From the NCBI GenBank assembly GCA_053919585.1, contig CM132825.1: DNA of 64,000 nt; one strand, written 5' to 3'. Positions 1 to 11,920 of this stretch are shown here, piece by piece; positions within the stretch are counted from its first letter, which is position 1; every line of letters begins with the position of its first letter. The notes beneath the pieces are model-generated. The model was not told the DNA's origin and ran no database searches. It saw nothing but the letters and a program-made list of their open reading frames with translations. This DNA is from Euprymna scolopes. Lineage: Eukaryota. The position numbers and the translations under genes were made by a program.

Positions 1-1518
1 TCGTCCAATCACGACGTGACTTCAGAAATCAAGGCTGCATCATCTGGGAAACGTTTTCCTTTCAAAAACAACTTCATGGCTGGGAAGTCTCCTGTGCGTC
101 ATGAGTAAGTTGCTAGAATCTGTGTTAAATACAGAAGTAATCAACCATCTCAACAAAAATAACCTTCTTAGTGACACTCAATATGGTTTCCGTTCTGCTA
201 GATCTACAGCAGATTTGCTTACAGTTATATCGCATAGGATTAGCAAATTTCTCGACGGTGGCAATCTTTCTAGAGCAATTGCTCTTGACATATCTAAAGC
301 CTTTGATACTGTATGGCATAAAGGTTTACTCCATAAGATCGCTAGCTATGGTATAGCTGGAAAAGTCTTCTCAATTATTAAATCATTTCTTTCTGATAGG
401 TTCATAAGAGTAGTAGTTGAGGGGCAAAAATCAGAAGCTCACAGTATTAATGCCGGTGTCCCTCAGGGGTCCATCCTGGACCCAACTCTTTTCCTGATCT
501 ACATTAATGATCTTCCAAATCACATCCTTATATCATTTGTAGACATTTATGCTGACGACACTACCATTTATGGTAGCACATCTAAGACAGTAAACGACCA
601 AGTTCTCTCCAATTCTCTCTCCTCTGATCTTGAGCACGTAGTACAATTGGGGAAAGGAGTGGCTGGTTACTTTTAATGCATCTAAAACCAAGCTTCTCTC
701 TTTACATCATCAACATTCTGATCCACATCTGGCATCAATTGAAATGAATGGCTCTCGTCTTCAGGAGGCTTCAAGTTTTGACAAGCTTCTGGGCTTGACC
801 ATTACTCCTGATCTTAAATAGAACACGTACATCAAATCTGTTGCCAAGGCCGCTGGAAAAATGGTGGGATCTTTCTATCGATCCGGTAAATATCTCACTG
901 CTGATGCTATTCTCTATCTATATAAGAGCCAGGTACGTCCAAGGATGGAATACTGTTGCCACATCTGGGCAGGAGCTGCTAGAAAGGACTTGTCTTGCCT
1001 TGATAGAGTTCAAAATAGACTTCATAGCCTTGTAGGAGATGTCCTTTTCTCCTCCTTGCAACCTCTATCTCACAGAAGAGATGTTGCGAGTTTGTCTCTG
1101 ATGTATCGTTATTTTCATGGAAAGTGTTCGACTGAGCTTCAATCTATGGTCCCCCCTCGCCAAACTTTCACAAGAAACACTCGTCTAGCTGTAAACACTA
1201 TCAATAATTCCCCCCACACTTTATCTATGCCTAAACCTAAACGTAGATTCCATGAACAAAGCTTCTTTCTTAGAACTGCATGCCTGTGGAATTGTCTTCC
1301 GTTTTCCTGCTTTCCGGCTGACTACAATATGGTTGTCTTCAAGTATAACGTAAATAAGTTCTTGATGAGCCGTTCCATATAAGTTATCAAATTTACCAAA
1401 TTTTCATTACTAATGATTACTATATTGTCCAATTTCTACTGTACACTCTTTAACCCTTATCCTTGAGTGGCCTCTTGGCCTTGATAATGTGGTGATGCCT
1501 ATGTAAAAAAAAAAAAAA
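1..1518 (+). mobile_element. CR1-group LINE, reverse transcriptase to 3' poly(A), decayed
   Basis: QYGFR, LDISKAFD, GVPQGS.L.PTLFLIYINDL, YADD and RPRMEYCCHIW motifs. Frameshift near 645, TGG to TAG near 819, A-tail at 1505-1518. Confidence 0.93.
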
Positions 1519-2320
1519 GGTGAAAGTCAGAGAGTGAAAGGTCAGGAGAATAGGGAGGATGGGAGAGGATTTCATAACCACACACCCGTACTTCTGATCT
1601 GGCGACATGCGAGTTGTGGACCAGAGCGTTGTCCTGCAGGAGGAGGTTACCTTTGCTGATCTTGCCCCGCCTCTTGATTTTGATAGCTTCCCTTAATTTC
1701 TTCAAAAGTGAAGCATAATAAGCTCCTGTAATTGTGGTACCCTTTGCCAGGAAATCTGTCATCATTATTCCGTCCTGGTCCCAGAAGATTGTGAGCATGA
1801 CCTTTCTAGCGGAGGGCTGCATCCTTGCCTTCTTTGGAGGTGGTGAGTCCAAGTGCTTCCACTGCATTGACTGGGCTTTGGTCTCTGGATCATAGTGATG
1901 GCCCCAGGTTTCATCCTGTGTAATCAGTCTTTGGAAAAACTTTGACTCAAAAACTTTGGCACATTCATCCTTGAGCACAACGCTTCTCGCTTCTGGAATG
2001 GTGGGAGCAACCTAAGAATCCATCTGGCAGACACCTTATGCATATGCAAATGGTCATGAATGATAGTTTCCACAGACCCTGTACTAATCTTGACATCTTG
2101 GGCTATTTGGCGAATAGTAATGCGCCAATCTTCTAAAATGGCAGCCTCAACTTGACGGACAGATGCCTCATCAATGGTAGAAGGGGGGGGGCAGGTCTGG
2201 GAACTGTTTCCACAGACTTCCGGCCATGTTTGAATTCAAGATGCCAGCGTTTTACAAGGTCATATGATGGGGCATTATCACCATAAGTTTCTTTCATTTC
2301 ATCAAAAGTTTCCTGTGGTG
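1519..2320 (-). mobile_element. mariner (DD34D-type) transposase pseudogene fragment
   Basis: DETW.HHYDPETK, MLTIFWD, LLQDNA and HPPYSPDL..SDFHLF motifs, plus N-terminal HTH text in other frames. Truncated at the LINE poly(A). Confidence 0.92.
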
Positions 2321-2882
2321 AAAAATCTTTATGATGTACATACTCGTCACAGAATGAAGATGTCATATTCTAAAAATCATGTGGGTTTGGCTCGTAAACG
2401 AAAATATTTAGTTGTCAAAAGTCAAATAAAAATGTGTCCATAGAGCCCTGTTTAGAAAAGCCTATTATGGCAGGTGTTCTTCAAAATTGTTTGATCTATC
2501 TTCTGCTTCTTTTGTTCCAGCTTGTTAGACATGTTGGTCTAGTGGTCTTCATTAATTTGTTGTTTTGATACCTCATTGTAATACAGCTTCTTATTCCAAG
2601 ACTTGTGAAGCTCTTCTTGCTGACCATTAAAAAAAAAACATCTGAAGAAATTAGAATGTTTATTCCTTCAAGTATCAACATAAAATTTGTTGCATATTTA
2701 GAATTACGCTTATTAAAAAAGATACAGAAAAATCTTTATGATGTACATACTCGTCACAGAATGAAGATGTCATATTCTAAAAATCACATAGGTTTGGCTA
2801 GTAATGTTTTCATTTGGCTAGTAAACAAAAATATTTAGTTGTCAAAGGTCAACTAAAGATAAATTTGTCCATAGAGCCCTGT
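2321..2882 (+). repeat. Local direct repeat (about 2321-2450 and 2729-2882) of an unclassified dispersed family
   Basis: aaaatctttatgatgtacatactcgtcacagaatgaagatgtcatattctaaaaatca...tccatagagccctg occurs twice; diverged relatives lie near 14875 and 60941. Confidence 0.8.
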
Positions 2883-3142
2883 ATTCAGATATCAAGTCAA
2901 ATTAATTTTTGTTTAAAAGAAAGTATTTTTCGATTATAACTTTATTTAAAAATGTTTAACTCATTATCTGCGTGGTACATAATTATCTTGAGCACTTAGG
3001 GTATGAATAAGTTTTCTTCTGTGATGTCAAAGTATTTAATTAAAGCCAGCAGCATTCATCCTAGGTTGATTGAATAGGTTTCCTCTGAAGGGGGAAGTGT
3101 CAAGGGAATATTAAATTCCTAAAAATACTCCCGTCGTATGTA

Positions 3143-3996
3143 CATGTGCCCAAAAAGTCACTGAAGGGTTTTGAATTGAAATAGATTCTCTAATTTTAAT
3201 GATATCTTTCTGTAATTTTAACACAATCTAAGTGATATTGGGAAATTAAAAAAAAACCTGCAGAATTCAAACAATCTTTATTTATGAAAAAGTAATGTCT
3301 TTTAAATGTTGCTCATTTACAGCTTCACATATTTGTACTTTTTCCAAAACATTATTCATGACAGATTGCAGAATCTCTGGATTACCATTTAACTCCCTTA
3401 TTTCGTGGTCCTGGATATGACCTAAAACTATATCCGATGGTGAGGCCCCACCTTGTGGGGTGTGGAGTCACCCTTTAATTGCCTTTGCTCCCAGGTCCAC
3501 TCTGACCTGGAGTGGTAGTACCTGTTAGGGTCCCAACTATGGGTTAAATAGAATCTGACTTAAAAAAAATAAAATATACTCCATTAAAAATCGTTCCTCA
3601 AATTAACTAGATTCGGCATTAAATAACCTGAAAAGGGTTGATATGCCGTAAAACAAAAACGACCAACCAACCAACCCTTATTTCGTTCTTGATGTTTTTC
3701 TTCAATTCTTGCAGGGTTTGGGATTTGTTAACATAAACTCTTTTACAATGTTTTGAATTGTGTTGTGACTTGGGTTATCTCTTACATGCAAATGCCGTTG
3801 ATAAGCTCTTTGAGTCAAAACAATTGATCCTTGATTTTGGTAAAAAAAATTTTACAACTTGCGTACATTGTTCAATGCTATACTTATGCATAATTAATTT
3901 AAAAATATTTATAAAATATCTGAAATAGAGGAAAAAATAATCATTAATGGTAAAATGACAGATTTTCAACTCTGCAGTGACTTTTTGGACGCCCTG
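3143..3996 (-). mobile_element. Internally deleted Tc1/mariner-superfamily transposon
   Basis: Imperfect TIRs (catgtgcccaaaaagtcactg / cagtgactttttggacgccctg) flanked by TA. The minus strand gives the N-terminus MHKYSIEQ..IVLTQRAYQRH joined to the C-terminus VYVNKSQTLQELKKNIKNEIR..EQHLKDITF; the catalytic core is missing. Confidence 0.8.
3407..3674 (+). mobile_element. 5'-truncated SINE with (CCAA)n tail
   Basis: Exact 12-bp TSD cccttatttcgt (3395-3406 and 3675-3686). The central ctcccaggtccactctgacctggagtggtagtacctgttagggtccc resembles a conserved SINE core recalled from molluscan SINEs; family name uncertain. Confidence 0.8.
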
Positions 3997-4069
3997 TATA
4001 TCCCTGTTGGGCAAAATGACAACGTTAGGGTTTTTTTTTTTTGCAGTTCTTGCAGGGTGACATCTGTCT

Positions 4070-4185
4070 CCGTACAGTGCCTGGATTTCCTAAATAGTCA
4101 TCCATTTGAAATTGACCAGACTTGACATTGCTTAACTTTGGTGATCTAATGAGAACCAGTGTGTCGACACGATTGTGTCATATGC
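4070..4185 (-). pseudogene. Degenerate 5S rRNA copy or 5S-derived SINE head
   Basis: Collinear by eye over about 115 nt with the reverse complement of animal 5S rRNA (tacag..c.gg..ttcc, ccat, accag, tgctta.ctt, gatc..a.gaga), with many transitions. Confidence 0.65.
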
Positions 4186-4259
4186 CTTTTAATAAAAGCT
4201 GATCATAAACACTTCTGTTATAATTTAAGATATAAATAATTACAAATTCAATTTATCCT

Positions 4260-5530
4260 TCACTTTTTTCATTTCGTTGTTTTTGTTTGTTCTTTCTTTC
4301 TTTTTTGTTTCTCAATTCCTTTTCACTTTTTCTTTTTTTTCCTGTTCTATATTTTTCCCCTCTCGCTTTCTTTTTCCATTTGCCTTTTCCCTCTTTTTCT
4401 TTTTTTTTTTTCTATTTTGTATTTTTTATTTTTCCTTTTGCTGCCTTTTTCTTTTGCTTTTTCTCCTTTTGTTTCTTTTTCATTTGATTTTTATTTTATT
4501 TTCCTTTTTCCAAATTTTCCTTTTATTTTTTATTTTCCCTCTTTTTTCATGTCACTCTTTTTCCCCTCATTTTTTTATCTTTTCCGTCCTATTTTCTTTA
4601 CACCCTTTTTTCCTCTTTTTCTTTCTTTTATCTTTTTTCTTTTCCCTCTTTTCCCATCTTTTTTCTTTTCTCTCTTTCCCCATCTTTTTTCTTTTCCCTC
4701 TTTTCCCCATCTTTTTTCTTTTCCCTCTTTTCCCCATCTTTTTTCTTTTCCTCTTTTCCCCATCTTTTTTCTTTCCCCATCTTTTTTCTTTCCCCATCTT
4801 TTTTCTTTCCCCATCTTTTTTCTTTCCCCATCTTTTTTCTTTCCCCATCTTTTTTCTTTCCCCATCTTTTTTCTTTCCCCATCTTTTTTCTTTCCCCATC
4901 TTTTTTCTTTCCCCATCTTTTTTCTTTCCCCATCTTTTTTCTTTCCCCATCTTTTTTCTTTTCCCTCTTTTTTCTTTTCCCTCTTTTTTCTTTTCCTTTT
5001 CCTTTTTCCTTTCCTTTTTCCTTTCCTTATTTCTTTTCCCCTCTCTTATTTCTTTTCCCCTCTCTTATTTCTTTTCCCCTCTTATTTCTTTTCCCCTCTT
5101 ATTTCTTTTCCCCTCTTATTTCTTTTCCCCTCTTATTTCTTTTCCCCTCTCTTATTTCTTTTCCCCTCTCTTATTTCTTTTCCCCTCTCTTATTTCTTTC
5201 CCCTCTCTTATTTCTTTCCCCTCTCTTATTTCTTTCCCCTCTCTTATTTCTTTCCCCTCTCTTATTTCTTTTCCCCCCTCTTATTTCTTTTCCCCTCTCT
5301 TATTTCTTTTCCCCTCTCTTATTTCTTTTCCCCTCTCTTATTTCTTTTCCCCTCTCTTATTTCTTTTCCCCTCTCTTATTTCTTTTCCCCTCTCTTATTT
5401 CTTTTCCCCTCTCTTATTTCTTTTCCCCTCTCTTATTTCTTTTCCCCTCTCTTATTTCTTTTCCCCTCTCTTATTTCTTTTCCCCTCTCTTTTTTTCTTT
5501 TCCCTCTCTTTTTTTCTCCTATTTTCTCAT
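4260..5530. repeat. Polypyrimidine low-complexity tract with 17-bp and 19-bp minisatellites
   Basis: (ttttttctttccccatc)n at about 4750-4960 and (ttatttcttttcccctctc)n at about 5025-5490. Confidence 0.95.
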
Positions 5531-5563
5531 AATCCATTTAAGCAATGTATTAAATTATTAGCA

Positions 5564-5878
5564 AAATCACTGAATCATGGCATGAGTTTATTATAAGAAA
5601 AAAAAATTCTGTGTAAGCATTAAAAAAAATTATTTTTTTGTTAAATATTATATGAGGGATTTTTCCAAGATAAAATCTATTGGACTGCCATTTTGGATAA
5701 CTTGTTATTTGTTCACATATTTAAAGTGTGTATTTCTCAATGCAAAATGTGGATTTCTTAGATTTTAACTCAAAAAGATTTCTCGTATAATAATTAACAA
5801 AATGTTAAAAAAATTTATTTTAATGCTGACACAATTTTCTTTTCTTGCAATAAATTCATGCCATGATTTAGTGACTTC
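5564..5878. mobile_element. MITE-like fold-back element, copy 1
   Basis: TIRs aaatcactgaatcatggcatgagtttatt / aataaattcatgccatgatttagtgactt; a related copy lies at about 49035-49450. Confidence 0.75.
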
Positions 5879-6315
5879 ACTAAATTACTTTCTTCAGCTA
5901 CCAACATTTAAACCCATGCAGACCCTCCATTTATTATTGTGAATCGAACTTCTAATAATGTGCCAGCTCTTTCAGAGATTCAAAATCCATTAGTTTTATA
6001 AAGTTCTTTCATAATTACGTCAGTAAATATGTTCCGAAAATTAAATTTTATAATATTCAAAATTTGGTACTCTTGCAGGATTTGACCGGGATCCTCAGGA
6101 TTTTCTGTCAATTATGGGTCGGGCTCGACCGACAATCACCAGATTAAACCAAGCATTGTTCAAATGTTGAAATGCTAAATTAAAATTTTTTTGTTTGTTT
6201 TTTTTTTATAAAAAATGTAATTTTTTACTTATTTTAATTTATTGACACAAAAAAAAAAACAGCGAAATGCAACGAACCATGGAAACTGTTAGAAAATGTG
6301 TGTACAGCTATATAT

Positions 6316-6957
6316 TAGTGTTGGGATGATTAATCAGCCTCAGATTTGGGAATCAGAAAAATCAGAACTTTTCAGGAATTGGTATTGGAAAAAAGTTTGT
6401 GCATATTTTTCTATGCCAAAAACGATTCTTTAAATTGTCTCTTTGTTATGGTGTTGGAAAGAATAATGAGAAGACTCTGAAACAGTGAAATGAGTAAGAT
6501 ATCAAACAGAAAAAACAGAAATAATATTACTTAAGGACAAAGTAAAGTTATAACTTTCTCTCTCTCTCTGAGTCTTTGGTTCAGACTGCTGAAAAGCAAA
6601 ACCTGGTCACCGGAAGTGATGTCAGGAATAGTTCATTGTCAGAATTTGTAGGGGGTGCAATTCCCAACACTTTTTTTTTATTTGATTTTGTTTAAAACAA
6701 AATATTACAGTCTTTGTTAGTAATAAAATAATAAATATTTATTTATTTTAAACTACCAGTAAAACTAATATCTATAGATCGCCGCCCCCCCCCCACAAGT
6801 GTATTTCTATGTTCGAGAAAATATCTGCACATTCAACATGTTTTTTCGGGAATAAGTAGCAACTTTCTAGTTAAATATTTAGAGGTTTATAAAGAATCAG
6901 AATCGATAATTGTATTGGAATTGGGGGTGGAGGAAGATTAGATTCATCCCATCACTA
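6316..6957. mobile_element. hAT-like MITE
   Basis: Termini tagtgttgggatgattaatc / gattcatcccatcacta; flanking 8-mers ctatatat and ctatatgc resemble a decayed 8-bp TSD. Confidence 0.6.
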
Positions 6958-7128
6958 CTATATGCCACTTGAATGTTTTAACCCAAATAACTTTAAACCT
7001 TTATGGAGGAATGTCTGGGGGAGAGGGATCTTTTTTTTTTTTTTTAAAACAAAACGTCTTATAAGATTTTATTCTAGAATGACATTTAATTGTTTTAATT
7101 TTTAATTCTTGGGTTTTCTTTTCTAAAG

Positions 7129-7322
7129 GTGGTGCCCTTTTACCTGGCTGTGAAACGCCAAGTGCAGAAACATTGGTAGGTTGGTTATTGGAACATCAAA
7201 ATCTTCACGTACATGATGATTCTGACACTGACTACTCTCTATATTCAATGGAACTTTGTTCGGATGAGTCCGGATCCATGTCGGATATATTTGATGACTT
7301 TGATGATATGGAGACAGAAGAG
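7129..7322 (+). CDS. HERC2: HERC2 internal exon (end of UBA-like region plus acidic linker)
   Basis: Acceptor ttctaaag| and donor |gttagt. Reads GALLPGCETPSAETLVGWLLEH...DDMETEE, matching the recalled human HERC2 segment EALVGWLLDH plus an acidic run. Ends in phase 0, matching the next exon. Confidence 0.85.
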
Positions 7323-7618
7323 GTTAGTATTTTTATTCATTTTTTTTTTTTTCATTTTATTTCTTTATGCTCTTTTTGTTACACTTTGGCAAGTGCCTGG
7401 AAAACCATGTGTCACAATTCAAACTAAATGAAATGTGAGTGAAATTCAGAATTATAAAATTGTTCAGAAGCTGAAAGCATTGCATGGAGAAGGTTAGGCA
7501 TCACCTGACTTCACAAAATGTATATTCACTACGCAGCACCTCACACATTTAAAAGGGGTTTAGGGAACTGTTTATCATTTACGACAGCTATAATATGCAT
7601 ATTTGAAAGCCAAACACA

Positions 7619-7652
7619 TGTCTGATGAAGGGATATTTCCCGAAATATAACA
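7619..7652 (+). ncRNA. Minimal type I hammerhead ribozyme motif (Penelope-type)
   Basis: UGU CUGAUGA A GGGA uauu UCCC GAA AU AU A ACA: intact core, 4-bp stem II, palindromic stem III, 3-bp stem I. Confidence 0.55.
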
Positions 7653-7693
7653 ATATAGTTCTTTCACCTGACCATACCAATGCAAGTAAGAAC

Positions 7694-7739
<46 letters not shown>

Positions 7740-8004
7740 GATTAAGCTACACTGAATATTCCGCGTTTCATCCACTCTAGGACTCTTTGGGATATATTCC
7801 GGTTGTTTAATCACTATTGACTGTCTCTTATTAGAGTGGCAAAATTTTAATATAATAAAGAAAAAATGGACCATAATATTTAGATGTTTAATTGACTAAA
7901 ATACGAATGAAATAAAGAGGGAGAGGAAAAATAAAACGGGAAAATTATATGTTATATATATAATTGAATAAAATAATAAGTTGATTAAAAGAGAATCGCG
8001 AGGT

Positions 8005-8278
8005 GTAATTATTAAAACCCGAAACGCTTTTCGTCAGACTACTTTTTCAAGGATGTTATATCTGAAAATGTTTGTAGAAATTATAGGCAACAAAAGAGAG
8101 ATAATGAAAACAAAAAAAATTAACAAATGGAAACCATCCAACCTAATCCAATGTGTCTACCTAAATAATTTTAACTGTAACCGGAGGTTTCTCTGCATGC
8201 ACAAAGTAGGGGGGCTAGAATTGATAGCAAGCGCCTCGAGGACAACCAGGTGGAACTCTTTCCAAATCTTGTGAAAAA
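8005..8278 (-). mobile_element. Penelope-like element 3' fragment with hammerhead variant
   Basis: Minus strand reads FHLVVLEALAINSSPPTLCMQRNLRLQLKLFR*, typical of the GIY-YIG C-terminus, followed by a hammerhead-like motif at 8017-8054. Confidence 0.7.
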
Positions 8279-8981
8279 TTGAAAAAGAAAAAGAAATATT
8301 AACAATAAAATATAAGAGAAATATCTCCTTTTCAGAAACAAAAATATTGTTGAAAGCTACAAAAAAATCAAGTCATATGCAAAAACGGTTAAAAAAAAAA
8401 ACCCCAAATAACCCCAAACAACTCGACAAATTGAAAGAACTTATAGCTAAGCTAATTCATTTAGAACCTAATGGACTATTGAACTTTCAAAAATCCCTAA
8501 AGATAAACCGCACTCAAAGTATGAAAAAAAAAAACTAAAAAGAACGGACTCCATAAAATATCAACGTCATCACAAACCCAACCCTCCCCTCTAAAAAAAA
8601 AAAAACAACTGCTCTGAAGAACAAACTTCTCAAGAATCTAAAACCTACACTACAAAATCTAATAATCAAAAAGCTAAGGTCTCACCCAAGGAAACAGAAA
8701 ATAGAGAACTAAGTACATATGAATTAGATACTGATGCAACAGACCAAAATTCACAAGTAAACCCTCAAATCCTCCTCAGATAGAAAAAATAGAAACTGAA
8801 GAGCCAAACAATTCAGGCAAATATAAAAAAAATAAACCCAAACTACTCAAATATTAAATTTGACAAATAAAAGAACAAACCAATGAAATATTAGATATAA
8901 AAACTTCCAACAAAAACCAGACAGATATAGAAAAAGCAAAATAAAGAACCTATTCATGCAAAGCCTCACAAAACACAGCAA

Positions 8982-9834
8982 AATGGGGAAAGGAGTGGTT
9001 GGTTACTTTTAATGCATCTAAAACCAAGCTTCTCTCTTTACATCATCAACACTCTGATCCACATCTGGCATCAATTGAAATGAATGGCTCTCGTCTTCAG
9101 GAGGCCTCAAGTTTTGACAAGCTTCTGGGCTTGACCATTACTCCTGATCTTAAATGGAACACATACATCAAATCTGTTGCCAAGGCCGCTGGAAAAATGG
9201 TAGGATCTTTCTATCGGTCCAGTAGATATCTCACTGCTGATGCAATTCTCTATCTATATAAGAGCCAGGTACATCCAAGGATGGAGTACTGTTGCCACAT
9301 CTGGGCAGAAGCTGCTAGAAAGGACTTGTCCTGCCTTGATAGAGTTCAAAATAGACTTCATAGCCTCGTAGGAGATGTCCTTTTCTCTTCCCTGCAACCT
9401 CTATCTCACAGAAGAGATGTTGCGAGTTTGTCTCTGATGTATCGTTATTTTCATGGAAAGTGTTCGACTGAGCGTCAGTCTATAGTCCCCCCTCTCGCCA
9501 AACTTTCACAAGAAACACTCGTCTAACTGAAAACACTATCAATAATTCCCCCACTCTTTATCTGTGCCTAAACCTAAACGTAGATTCCATGAACAAAGCT
9601 TTTTTCTTAGAACTGCACGCCTGTGGAATTGTCTTCCGTTTTCCTGCTTTCCGGCTAACTACAATATGGTTGTCTTCAAGTCTAACGTAAACAAGTTCTT
9701 GATAAGCCGTTCCATATAAGTTAACAAATTTACCGAATTGATTACTATATTGTCCAATTTCTACTGTCCTCGAGTGGCCTCTTAGCCTTGATAATGTGGT
9801 GATGCCTGTGTAAAAAAAAAAAAAACAAAAAAAA
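8982..9834 (+). mobile_element. CR1-group LINE, 5'-truncated copy 2
   Basis: Highly similar to about 645-1518, including the 3' UTR and A-tail. Confidence 0.93.
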
Positions 9835-10735
9835 CAACATTCATACAATGGAACTGTAGAGGATTAATACCTAAAAATGAAGAAATACCAGAAATCATCA
9901 ACAGACAAAACTCCTCAGCAATCTGTCTACAAGAAACACTACTCAAAGAAACTCATAAATATGAGTTCAAAGGATATAACGTGTACGACAATATACATCA
10001 GCAACAAATACCAAATACACAAATTTGAGGAGTGTCCATACTAATTAAAAAAACTATATCTCACACAACCCTCTAGTTAAATACCGAACTTTTATTAATA
10101 GCAGTAGCAGCTAACCTACACCGCAAAATAACAATATACGCAATATACTGATTGAGATTGTCAGACTGACTTCCTCATCTTGGTTGTTATTGTCACAACG
10201 TTTCGGCCGTTTTGCCCTCCGGCCTTCGTCAGGTGTTAAAACGTGACAATAACAACCAAGATGAGGAAGTCAGTCCGACAATCTCAATCAATGAAAACAC
10301 CTCATCTCAAAAATACAGACAATTACTATGCGCAATATACGTTTCACCAAATCAACAAATAAAATAACAAAGAAATAGATATAATAATCAACCAACTCCC
10401 ACCCTCTTTTATAATAATGGGAGATTTCAATGCACACAGCAACCGTTGTGGAAATAATCCAAACAATAACAAGGGTAATATAATAAACGAAATATTATCA
10501 ACAACAAACTTATGTATATTAAATGATGGCAATAATATCTACATGCACCCAGCCAATGGGTTCATGTCTGCAATAGACCTATCAATATGTACCCCGTTCA
10601 TCTATATGGACTTCCATTGGGATGTATTAGAAGATCAACATGTTCACAACTAATCAAAAAATACAAAAAGACGTTCTAAAATGGAAATTACACGATGCTG
10701 ACTGGGGAAACATTTGCCAACCTATACAAAATTTT
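9835..10735 (+). mobile_element. I/Nimb-like LINE ORF2 AP-endonuclease remnant
   Basis: FIQWNCRGL, ICLQET, GVSILIK, IIMGDFNAHS, LCILNDG, SAIDLSIC and KWKLHDADW motifs, with stops. The A-rich 8280-8980 stretch may be its ORF1 end. Confidence 0.85.
10149..10326 (-). mobile_element. Penelope-derived fold-back insertion with hammerhead motif
   Basis: Inverted arms of about 48 bp around a minus-strand CUGACGA..GAAAC core; 14-bp TSD tatacgcaatatac / tatgcgcaatatac. Confidence 0.75.
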
Positions 10736-11072
10736 AAATTGCAGTGTAAACATGCATTTTGCTGCCAAACTCCTCACCCATGTTGTTGCCCCTATAAATT
10801 CGATAACTATCACACAAGTAACCCTTATACTTTAATAATCCTATGTTTTTCTGTGCATATGTGCGTTTGTATGTCCAGCTAAAGTAAAAAAAATATGAAA
10901 CAAATATCCACAAAGTTGGCTTCTTTTTTTTTTTTATTCGGAGTTACCCTGAATGAATAATATCCAAAATTTAAAAAGAATTATTCATGCTTTGGAAGTT
11001 AACTGGGCCACGTTTCCTCTGCGAAAAATGAGGGTGTACCATCGGTTTTTCGGTCATTTCCAATGTTATTTA

Positions 11073-11646
11073 TATCTATAATATAAAGGGCAGTTGTTTG
11101 TGTGTATGTGTGGGTTTATGTCCAGCTAAAAGTAAAAAAAAAAAAAACACTACAAAACCACCATCCACAAAGTTGATATATTCTTGATCAGACTTGCCCT
11201 GGATTAATAATATCTAAATTTTAGAAATAATTATTTATTCTTTGAAGGTCAACTTGAGTAGTCTTTGGCAGAGAGAGGGTTGTTTTTTGTTGTTTTCTTT
11301 TTCAAATATTTCCAGTGTTATTTATTATATAAAGGAGAGGTGATTGATTGACTTATATTTTTTTATTTTCAATATATTAAAGCAAAAGGAAAATGAACTG
11401 AGCAGAGATGAAAAAGAGGTTTCATCTATATTTGAGACTTACATTCAAACAAAAAAGACTAATAGGCTGGGCAGAAATGAAAAAAAGAATGGGGGAAATG
11501 GATGTGGAATAACAGAAGTGGAGAAAGAAAGAAAGATATTTAGAGAGATAAAATAGAAGTTTTAATATAAAGAAACTTTTTAACTGCTTTTATATATATA
11601 TATATATATATTATAGTTCCAAGCAATGCTGGGTAGCCCTGCTAGT
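11073..11646 (-). mobile_element. Helentron-like non-autonomous element
   Basis: One end is atctataatataaag; the other reads on the minus strand actagcagggctacccagcattgcttgg, the same terminus as at 13099. 10840-11070 is a partial tandem copy. Confidence 0.6.
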
Positions 11647-11740
11647 TAGTATATAAGATGGTAGCAATTACATATAATAATTGAAATATTTATTTTTCTA
11701 TAAAAAAAAATGAGGAAAGTTTTATATTTTTCTTCTCTAG

Positions 11741-11920
11741 CAATTGATGACAGCCGCCACTCCATGTGAAAGTAATACTGCTTACAAAAAAGTAACTGAC
11801 TTTGCGAGTAACGATGAATATGCAATGTATGTGAGAAGCGTCATTATGGTTGGAATAACTGTAAGATGTTGCCGAGCTTACGAAGAAGTCATAGAAGGAG
11901 ATATTGGAAAAGTTGTCAAG
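11741..11920 (+). CDS. HERC2: HERC2 exon, CPH domain N-terminal half
   Basis: ctctag| ... |gtaagg; 60 codons [60 protein letters not shown], the CPH (Cul7/PARC/HERC2) signature. Confidence 0.96.

Noticed and set aside
1-2320. Functional RT plus transposase fusion or module
   Set aside because: Opposite strands, both frameshifted; simple abutment of a LINE poly(A) against a truncated mariner.
4277-5596. Long F/L/S/P-rich and K/G/E/R-rich ORFs
   Set aside because: Translations of a polypyrimidine minisatellite that lacks stop codons by composition.
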